NCBI GenBank assembly: GCA_964492935.1
Contig: CAZBLF010000001.1
Span: 28,301 to 92,300 of the forward strand
DNA from: an uncultured Methanosarcinales archaeon
GTDB lineage: Archaea > Nanobdellota > Nanobdellia > Woesearchaeales > JACPBV01
Length of the DNA stretch: 64,000 bases
Direction of reading: 5' to 3'
Below are positions 56,961 to 64,000 of this stretch, one piece after another. The position numbers and the translations under genes are program-made. Numbering within the stretch: position 1 is the first letter of the stretch; every line of letters starts with the position of its first letter. The notes under the pieces were generated by a model. The model was given only the letters and a program-made list of their open reading frames with translations. It did not search any database and was not told the DNA's origin.

Positions 56961-58247
56961 ATGGCAAAAGATAAAACACACGTAAACTTGGTATTCGTAG
57001 GTCACGTTGATCACGGTAAATCTACTACAGTAGGTAGACTTTTATTCGATTCTGGTAACATTGATGAACAGGCAATGAGAAAGCTTAAGGAAAAGGCTGA
57101 AAGTCTTGGAAAGGGCGGATTCGAATTTGCTTTCGTTATGGACAACTTGAAGGAAGAGCAGGAAAGAGGAGTTACTATTGATCTTGCACACAAGAAGTTC
57201 GAAACCGACGCATACTACTTTACGATTATTGATGCTCCAGGGCACAAGGACTTTATTAAAAACATGATTACGGGAGCATCACAGGCTGACGCTGGTGTTT
57301 TAGTTGTTTCTGCAAATCCTAGTGATGGAGTGCAGGCACAGACTAAGGAACACGTTTTCTTGTGTAGAACTCTAGGTGTTAACCAGTTGATTGTTGCTGT
57401 GAACAAGATGGACATGGCAGAATATGGTGAAGACCGATACAACGAAGTTAAGAAACAAGTTTCTGAATTACTAACCAGTGTTGGTTACAAACCTGACGAA
57501 GTACCGTTTATCCCTGTTGCTTCCTTGCATGGAGATAACGTATACAACAAGTCTGATAAGATGGCTTGGTACACAGGAAACACCCTTCTTGAGCAGATTA
57601 ACGCTTTGAATGCACCTGAAAAACCTACGGATAAACCGTTAAGACTACCGATTCAGGATGTTTATAGCATCACCGGAATTGGTGTTGTTCCTGTAGGAAG
57701 AGTTGAAACAGGTGTTATGAAGATTGGCGATAAAGTTACCTTTATGCCAGGACGAGAAGGAAAAGGAGTTACCGGAGAATGTAAGACTGTAGAAATGCAT
57801 CACGAGCAGTTACAGAAAGCTGAACCTGGTGACAACATCGGTTTCAACGTCCGGGGTATTGAAAAGAAAGACATTGCTAGAGGAGATGTTCTAGGACATT
57901 CAGACAATCCTCCTACAGTGGCTACTGAATTTACTGCACAAATTGTTGTGCTTAACCATCCAAGTGTTGTGACGGTAGGATACACACCTGTATTCCACAT
58001 TCACACTGCACAGGTTGCTTGCCAAATCACGGCAATTGAAAAGAAACTGAATCCTGCTTCTGGAGAAGTTTTGGAAGAGAATCCAGACTTTATCAAGAAC
58101 GGGGATGCAGCTATTGTCAAGATAAAGCCTATCCAGCCTTTGGTTATTGAAAAACAAAGCGAAATTCCAGAAATGAGTAGATTTGCTATTCGAGATTCAG
58201 GTCAGACTGTATCAGCTGGAATGTGTATTGACCTGGTCAAGAAGTAA
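56961..58247 (+). CDS. tuf: Archaeal elongation factor 1-alpha
   Basis: [25 protein letters not shown]. Confidence 0.98.
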   Translation: MAKDKTHVNLVFVGHVDHGKSTTVGRLLFDSGNIDEQAMRKLKEKAESLGKGGFEFAFVMDNLKEEQERGVTIDLAHKKFETDAYYFTIIDAPGHKDFIKNMITGASQADAGVLVVSANPSDGVQAQTKEHVFLCRTLGVNQLIVAVNKMDMAEYGEDRYNEVKKQVSELLTSVGYKPDEVPFIPVASLHGDNVYNKSDKMAWYTGNTLLEQINALNAPEKPTDKPLRLPIQDVYSITGIGVVPVGRVETGVMKIGDKVTFMPGREGKGVTGECKTVEMHHEQLQKAEPGDNIGFNVRGIEKKDIARGDVLGHSDNPPTVATEFTAQIVVLNHPSVVTVGYTPVFHIHTAQVACQITAIEKKLNPASGEVLEENPDFIKNGDAAIVKIKPIQPLVIEKQSEIPEMSRFAIRDSGQTVSAGMCIDLVKK

Positions 58248-58341
58248 GTTTCGATCATCCTGAAAAGGCATGACGAGGAAAGGCTTGTCATGGGGCACAC
58301 CATTGCTTCACAATATATAGGGGATTATACGATAAACGAAC

Positions 58342-58650
58342 ATGCAGAAAGCAAGAATAAAGATAGCAAGTACCGATATTGCGAAGATTAATGATGTGTG
58401 TAGTTATATTAAAGATATTTCTGACAAGACTGGCGTGGATATGCGCGGTCCTGTACCGTTACCGACTAAAAAACTACGTGTTACTACAAGAAAAGGTCCC
58501 GATGGCGGCGGAACTGCTACATGGGATCGTTACGAATTAAGAATTCATAAGAGAGTTATTGATTTAGGTTTGGATGAGCGTGCTTTGAGATTAGTTATGC
58601 GCGTTCCTATTCCAGACGGTCTTAATATTGAAATTGAAATGAAAGAGTAA
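58342..58650 (+). CDS. rpsJ: Ribosomal protein uS10
   Basis: GPVPLPTK, RIHKRVID. Confidence 0.96.
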   Translation: MQKARIKIASTDIAKINDVCSYIKDISDKTGVDMRGPVPLPTKKLRVTTRKGPDGGGTATWDRYELRIHKRVIDLGLDERALRLVMRVPIPDGLNIEIEMKE

Positions 58651-59832
58651 TTAACGTACTTCTGCTAACACATATAATGATCCGGTAACCACAATGAGGT
58701 CTTTTTTGGTTGCTCTTCGTTTTGCTTCTTTGAGTGCTTCTTTTACGGGAAGGACGACGGTGGTTGGTTTTTTGAAGTGTTGTGCGATCTTGTAAGGACT
58801 TCTTGCTCTTTTGATGTCGGGTTTGGTGAGGATGGCTTCTGAAATCACGGGATTGAGGATGCGGCACATGCGTTCGATGTTTTTGTCTTTGAGGATGCCT
58901 AGGACTAGGATAATTCTCTTGTATTGTTTTTTCGCTTGCTTGAGTTCTGTAGCGAGGACACGCATCGCATGTGGATTGTGGGCGGCGTCTAAGAGAGTGT
59001 TCTGATCTAGGAATTGCATTCTGCCGGGGATGGTTGCTTTTTTTAATCCTTGTTCTACGGCTGCCTTGGAGACTTTGGTTACCTTCTTTCTGTTGAGTAC
59101 GGTGATGACTTTAGAAGCGATGGCGGCGTTGTGTTGTTGATGGGAGCCGCGAAGTGTCAATGGACGGGTGCGTTTAGGAGGCGTTACGACGTAGCAGGGT
59201 GCATTCTGTTTTTTTGCTACTTTCTGTATCGTTTTAAGCGCTATTCCTTTTGCTCCAGTAATATTAGGGATGTTTTTCTTTATGATTCCTGCTTTCTCGC
59301 CAGCGATCTTTGCGATGGTGTTTCCAAGGATTTGGGTATGTTCTTTTGCGATGCTGGTGATGACGGTGGCAATGGGATCTACGATGTTGGTTGCATCGAG
59401 TCTGCCGCCTAAGCCTGTTTCTAGGACAACGAAATCTACTTTTCGTTTTGCGAAGTAGTATAGGGCTAAAGCGGTGGTGACTTCGAAGAAGGATTCTTTG
59501 GTGATGCTTGGTTTTAATTCGGAGACGACTTTAATGAGGGTGTTTTTGCGCATCTTCTTTCCATTGATGAGAAAGCGCTCGGTGAAGTCCCAGATGTGAG
59601 GAGAGTTATTCGTGCCTACGGTGTAGCCGGCTTCTCTTAAGACGGAGGTGAGCATGCTGCAGACGCTGCCTTTGCCGTTAGTGCCGGCAACGTGGATGAT
59701 CTTGAGTTTATCTTGTGGATTGCCGAGAAGCTCCATGAATTTTCTAACGTAGCCGAGTCGCAGATGGAAGGATTTCCAGTGGGCGACTGCTCCGCGACTT
59801 TTGACGTACTGTACTGATTCTTCGTAGTCCAT
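58651..59832 (-). CDS. folC: Folylpolyglutamate/dihydrofolate synthase
   Basis: HVAGTNGKGS, ETGLGGRLDATN, DAAHNP, TGSLY. Confidence 0.95.
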   Translation of the reverse strand: MDYEESVQYVKSRGAVAHWKSFHLRLGYVRKFMELLGNPQDKLKIIHVAGTNGKGSVCSMLTSVLREAGYTVGTNNSPHIWDFTERFLINGKKMRKNTLIKVVSELKPSITKESFFEVTTALALYYFAKRKVDFVVLETGLGGRLDATNIVDPIATVITSIAKEHTQILGNTIAKIAGEKAGIIKKNIPNITGAKGIALKTIQKVAKKQNAPCYVVTPPKRTRPLTLRGSHQQHNAAIASKVITVLNRKKVTKVSKAAVEQGLKKATIPGRMQFLDQNTLLDAAHNPHAMRVLATELKQAKKQYKRIILVLGILKDKNIERMCRILNPVISEAILTKPDIKRARSPYKIAQHFKKPTTVVLPVKEALKEAKRRATKKDLIVVTGSLYVLAEVR

Positions 59833-59841
59833 AATTTTGAA

Positions 59842-59967
59842 TCCGTTCATTCCACTGGTGTGTTCACCAGTGGTTCACACATCAGTTTCATTCGGGAGTC
59901 AAGAACCACTCCCCTGATGAGCAAGCCTCCAAACATGCCACCAGTCTATTGACCAGTGGTTCTTGAC
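59842..59967 (+). mobile_element. Non-autonomous IS200/IS605-type miniature element, copy 2
   Basis: Homologous to 1596-1770; inserted 3' of TGAA between the folC TATA box and its ATG. Confidence 0.78.
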
Positions 59968-60047
59968 AATCTTGTATTAAAGTATATAAATGTAATGTCG
60001 ATTGTAGTGATAAGATTTAAAAAGAGGCTGATACTCTTTCAGTGTAA

Positions 60048-60190
60048 CCCCGCTTGGCTCAACGGCTAGAGCACTTGGCTGTATTCCGAAAGGAAAGCTA
60101 GAGATGCGCTCTGACCTATGCCAAATGGCTTGGAATGAAAGAGGGTCAGTCGTGACCGAGGGATTGCTGGTTCAAATCCGGCAGCGGGGA
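60048..60190 (+). tRNA. tRNA-Tyr(GTA) with anticodon-loop intron(s) ~60083-60154
   Basis: CCCCGCT/AGCGGGG with C1-G72 and A73, D-arm GCTC/GAGC, CTTGG/CCGAG, GCTGGTTCAAATCCGGC. Confidence 0.9.
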
Positions 60191-60193
60191 TTT

Positions 60194-60220
60194 GCCAGAA
60201 GGTAACTTCTGGCGTTTTTT
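60194..60220 (+). terminator. Hairpin plus T-run after tRNA-Tyr
   Basis: GCCAGAAG-GTAA-CTTCTGGC-GTTTTTT. Confidence 0.7.
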
Positions 60221-60270
60221 CTTCGTAAACTTTATTAATCTGGGTCTTTTCACTCTCCTATCATCTTTCT

Positions 60271-60891
60271 ATGAGAATAAAAACACCAAAATCAGGTTAT
60301 CAAAAATTAACTCGGGCAAAGGCTAGAGTTATCGCTCACTTAATAGCAGATGGTTCAATGTACCGAAGTCGGCATAATTATAATCTGAGATACGAGGTGA
60401 CTGATGAAGAGCTTCTTAGGGAATATTACTATGATCTAGTGAGCGTTTTTGGACTCAAGCCACACTGGAGTAAAAATCCATCAGGCAAAACTGGAAAAAT
60501 AATTCCCGTAGTAAATCTTAGGTCAAAAATTGCTTTTGAAGATCTGCTTAGATATGCAAAGTATTTCTCTGCTGATTGGTGTCTCAAGGAACCATTTCTC
60601 TCTTCAGGCATCAACATTAAGCGCGAGTTTCTTAGATCTTTCGCAGATGATGAAGGGAGTGTGATTCCTCAGGGAAAAGGTGCGTTGGTTCGATTGTACT
60701 CTATTAATGAGAAAGGTCTTCTGCAACTACAAAAACTTTTGCTTGACTTCGATATTTCAAGTAAAATGGTTCCGGGTTTTGGTGCCAGAAGAAATGTGTT
60801 TGCATTGACAATCAAAGAAATATCAAAGTTTTCGAGAAGGATAGGGTTTAATCTTTCAAGAAAAAAAGCGAGATTGTGTGAGTTCTTATAA
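60271..60891 (+). CDS. Free-standing LAGLIDADG endonuclease-like protein
   Basis: IAHLIADGS and FLRSFADDEGSV motifs, IGF near the C-terminus. Confidence 0.88.
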   Translation: MRIKTPKSGYQKLTRAKARVIAHLIADGSMYRSRHNYNLRYEVTDEELLREYYYDLVSVFGLKPHWSKNPSGKTGKIIPVVNLRSKIAFEDLLRYAKYFSADWCLKEPFLSSGINIKREFLRSFADDEGSVIPQGKGALVRLYSINEKGLLQLQKLLLDFDISSKMVPGFGARRNVFALTIKEISKFSRRIGFNLSRKKARLCEFL

Positions 60892-60926
60892 GAAGTTTTA
60901 AAAACAGTCATTGTTTCGAGGGTATC

Positions 60927-61964
60927 ATGGCATTAAGTACTAGTGGTAACGTGTGGAGGGGGGTGAGCATTGTAGCTGTTTTCCTTACGGCGGTTTTTGT
61001 GTTGCTGTTTTATTTGAAGACTACTTTTATTGTTGTGGTGTTGGGATTCTTGATTATCGCGGTTAAATATCAACTTGCAAAGAAGCACGCACAGGGAAAA
61101 AAGAAACTGCGGCTTACCGGTTTTAAGGGTACCTTGTATTCTTGGTTTTTGGTACTCTTTTGGACGTTGTTGGTGCTTTGGTTAGTATCGGGAAGCGTGA
61201 ATCAACTGGTTGACGTTTTTGGAAAGGCAAGTAACGATCAGGTTATTGCGAAGGCGTATTTGGGTGCTAAGGATGCGATACCGGAATCGTTAGCATCATT
61301 AATTGATTTTGAATCGATCTTTAAGCAGGCTGGAGCGTTTATGTTTTCGTTGTTATCTGGATTTTTCTCTGGTTTGACTTCGCTCTTGTTTCAGGCTGTT
61401 TTGATTATTCCATTGATGGTGTATTTGTTTACGAAGCGTGGAGACAGTATTCGGGAGCGTTTGTATGATCTTGCCCCGATTAAATTTAGAAAAAGTGTTC
61501 ATATTGCTCTTAAGAAGGTTGCAACTGAACTTTCCGATTTCTTTTCTGCTAAATTGCTTGAAAGTTTTGTGATTGGAAGTATTTGTTGCGTTGGATTTTT
61601 CTTTTCAGGATTAAAAGGATGGTTGTTATTGGGAGCAATAGCAGGATTCTTGAATATTATTCCTTATTTGGGGCCTTTAATCGGGGCGATACCAGCAGTT
61701 ATTATTGCCTTGTTGCAGAATCCCACGATTGCGGTGTGGGTGTTGATTACTATTGTGATTGCGCAGCTGGTAGATAATTTGTACTTGGTACCGTTCATGA
61801 TATCGGGCAAGGTACGGATGGAGCCGCTGGTAAGTATTATTCTCGTTATTATTGGGGCGCAGGTTTTGGGAGTGATGGGCATGATTTTCGCGATTCCAGT
61901 CTATATTGTGTATAAGATTATTCTTCGTGAGACGTATCGAGCACTTGTAAGGATCTACGGTTAA
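60927..61964 (+). CDS. AI-2E family transporter
   Basis: NIIPYLGPLIG, DNLYLVP, GMIFAIP. Confidence 0.9.
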   Translation: MALSTSGNVWRGVSIVAVFLTAVFVLLFYLKTTFIVVVLGFLIIAVKYQLAKKHAQGKKKLRLTGFKGTLYSWFLVLFWTLLVLWLVSGSVNQLVDVFGKASNDQVIAKAYLGAKDAIPESLASLIDFESIFKQAGAFMFSLLSGFFSGLTSLLFQAVLIIPLMVYLFTKRGDSIRERLYDLAPIKFRKSVHIALKKVATELSDFFSAKLLESFVIGSICCVGFFFSGLKGWLLLGAIAGFLNIIPYLGPLIGAIPAVIIALLQNPTIAVWVLITIVIAQLVDNLYLVPFMISGKVRMEPLVSIILVIIGAQVLGVMGMIFAIPVYIVYKIILRETYRALVRIYG

Positions 61965-61965
61965 G

Positions 61966-62751
61966 ATGAAGATAGCAATCGTTACGGGAGCCAGCGCAGG
62001 TTTAGGCGTGGAATTTGCAAAGCAACTTTCTTCGTTTTATTCTGTAGATAAGATCTGGTTGGTAGCTCGGCGTAAGGATCGTTTGGAGTCATTAGCTAAG
62101 GAACTGGGCAATGGGGTTGTTGTGCAGGCAGATTTGTCAACGTCAAAGGGTTTGTCTTTGGTTGAGGCGAAATTGGCTGAAGAGAAGCCTACGGTTTCTG
62201 TGTTGATTAATAATGCAGGTTTTGGGAAGCATGGGTTGTTTGCCGATGTTTCTTTAGAGCAGAATCAGGGGATGATTGATGTTAATGTTAGTGCTTTGGT
62301 GCGATTGACGCATTCGTGTTTAGTGTATATGGAATCTGGAGGGACGGTGATACAGGTTGCTTCTTCTGCGGCGTTTATGCCATTGCCGTTTTCATCTATT
62401 TATAGTGCAACTAAAGCATTTGTTGTGAATTTTTCTTATGCTTTGGCTCCTCAGTTGCGCAAACAAGGTATTTCTATAACTGCGGTCTGTCCTGGTCCTG
62501 TAGAAACTGAGTTTTTTGAAGTATTTGCAAATGGAAGGAAGGCTGCTAGGGGTCCGATGGCGGGGGCGAGTGCAGTTGTTAGAAAGGCGTATAGAGATGC
62601 TCGGCGTGGAAAACTGATTTCTGTGTATGGATTCTTTTTTAGATGGGTGGTGTTGATGTTGAGAGTGTTGCCGTTGAGTTTCTTTGTGAATCGGTTGTTC
62701 GGTGCCGAATGGAGAAGTCGTGAGCGTTGGTTGAAGAAGAAACGAACGTAA
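61966..62751 (+). CDS. Short-chain dehydrogenase/reductase
   Basis: TGASAGLG, NNAGFG, YSATK. Confidence 0.93.
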   Translation: MKIAIVTGASAGLGVEFAKQLSSFYSVDKIWLVARRKDRLESLAKELGNGVVVQADLSTSKGLSLVEAKLAEEKPTVSVLINNAGFGKHGLFADVSLEQNQGMIDVNVSALVRLTHSCLVYMESGGTVIQVASSAAFMPLPFSSIYSATKAFVVNFSYALAPQLRKQGISITAVCPGPVETEFFEVFANGRKAARGPMAGASAVVRKAYRDARRGKLISVYGFFFRWVVLMLRVLPLSFFVNRLFGAEWRSRERWLKKKRT

Positions 62752-62797
62752 ACACAACATTTATATAGTTCTTTTGTCAGAATCTGTTTGTGGGAGT

Positions 62798-63286
62798 ATG
62801 AGTGATTATATATCAACAATTAAAAGTGTTGCTTTGAAGAAGGCAGATGTCTATGCTATGTATGTGTTTAATCGCATGCTTCATGAAACGGATAAAAATT
62901 ATTTAGCTGAGGAGTTTAATTTTACTGAACAGATGGCGCAGCATTTTGTTGCTAACTATCGTACGATTGGGTTGGTGTTTAGATTGCATGCGGTGCAGCT
63001 TGATGCTAGTAAGGATTGGAGACATTTTCTGAAAAAGGTGTTCAAGCATTCTTCAGTTCCGAGTAAATTTGATACGGTGTTTATTAGCGCTAAGGGTGAT
63101 AAATTGATGCTGGTTACGAATAAACGGTTGTTGAAGATTGATTTACGGCATGTGAATGAGCAGATTTTGGATGTTAACTTTAGGGTTGAGAATTGTAACG
63201 AGCGGATTGCCCATGAGGTTTCGGTGCAGGATACTCAGAATCAGGAAGAAGGATTTCTCGGAAAGATTGTTAATGCGTTTAAGTAG
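62798..63286 (+). CDS. Hypothetical protein
   Basis: ORF with upstream TTTATATA. Confidence 0.55.
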   Translation: MSDYISTIKSVALKKADVYAMYVFNRMLHETDKNYLAEEFNFTEQMAQHFVANYRTIGLVFRLHAVQLDASKDWRHFLKKVFKHSSVPSKFDTVFISAKGDKLMLVTNKRLLKIDLRHVNEQILDVNFRVENCNERIAHEVSVQDTQNQEEGFLGKIVNAFK

Positions 63287-63365
63287 TTCTCAATTATCTG
63301 AGGCGCAGGGTCATAATCGGTCACTGTAGAGAAGTTTTATAAACACATTCTTTTTCTTTTGAGTC

Positions 63366-64000
63366 ATGGCAGAACAGTATGTGTCGAAGGATGTAGAAGC
63401 CGAGATTTTGAAGTACTGGGAAGGGGAAGGTGTGTATGCGAAGGTGCAGGCGCAGACTTCGAAAGGTAAGCCGTTTTACTTCTTGGATGGGCCGCCGTAT
63501 ACGTCTGGGAAGGTACATTTAGGTACTGCTTGGAATAAGGCATTGAAGGATTCACTTCTTAGATATAAGCGAATGCAGGGTTTTAATGTTCATGATCGAG
63601 CTGGGTATGATATGCATGGGTTGCCTACCGAACACGCTACGATGAAGGAATTGAAATTGAAGTCGAAACAAGATATTCTTGATTTTGGTGTTAAGAAGTT
63701 TACGGATGCGTGCAAGAAATTATGTATCGCGAACATGAAGGAGATGAACAAGGACTTTATCCGCGAGGGAGTGTGGATGAACTTTGAGGATCCGTATCAA
63801 TCGGTAAAAGATGAATATATTGAGGCGGTGTGGTGGTTGGTTAAGACTGCGCACGATAAGAAACGATTATATGAGGGTTTACGTACTGCACATTGGTGTC
63901 CGGATTGTGGTACTGCATTAGCGAAACACGAATTAGAGTATAAGGAAGTTAGTTCTAAATCAATTTTCATGAAGTTTCCTGTAGTGGGAAAGAAGAATGA
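63366..64000 (+). CDS. ileS: Isoleucyl-tRNA synthetase (5' part, runs off the window)
   Basis: FLDGPPYTSGKVHLGTAWNK, GYDMHGLP, WCPDCGTAL. Confidence 0.93.
   Translation, partial: MAEQYVSKDVEAEILKYWEGEGVYAKVQAQTSKGKPFYFLDGPPYTSGKVHLGTAWNKALKDSLLRYKRMQGFNVHDRAGYDMHGLPTEHATMKELKLKSKQDILDFGVKKFTDACKKLCIANMKEMNKDFIREGVWMNFEDPYQSVKDEYIEAVWWLVKTAHDKKRLYEGLRTAHWCPDCGTALAKHELEYKEVSSKSIFMKFPVVGKKN

Noticed and set aside
59914..59934. Hammerhead-like CTGATGAG..CTC-CAAAC
   Set aside because: The essential GAAA is CAAA, and the motif is not kept in copy 1
59905..59950. ZTP-riboswitch-like words (GACTGG, CAGGGGAG) upstream of folC
   Set aside because: The 3' CGCCTGGG element is absent and the words are not conserved in copy 1; the IS200/IS605 end rules explain the element better

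Overview
Archaeal chromosomal segment (L7Ae, eS28, eL24, aEF-2, aEF-1A, BHB-type tRNA introns, TATA promoters). Gene style and many short ORFans suggest a DPANN, Woesearchaeota-like genome; this is inference. Mostly housekeeping and biosynthetic genes: glycine cleavage/lipoylation cluster, SMC, a class III RNR locus, purine/CTP/CoA/NAD/folate genes, secDF, ArgRS and IleRS. The most unusual signals are non-coding. (1) Two ~125-nt structured elements (6280-6406, 47571-47693) share a TCGAAATC/GATTTCGA helix and an apical GCAACCC motif but have unrelated, self-complementary outer stems: a candidate new ncRNA family. (2) Two copies of a miniature IS200/IS605-type element obey the TnpA guide/cleavage rule and keep an omega-RNA-like pseudoknot. 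(3) Two free-standing LAGLIDADG genes each abut a tRNA, one bounded by a displaced tRNA 3' end. (4) Multi-intron tRNAs, including a possible 2-nt micro-exon. (5) A split NrdD with a separate glycyl-radical peptide, a PlsC-NrdG ORF and a divergent HTH-PAS-PAS regulator. Several frameshifts at homopolymers suggest sequencing indels, so fusions and splits need caution. All calls are by eye; no searches were run.
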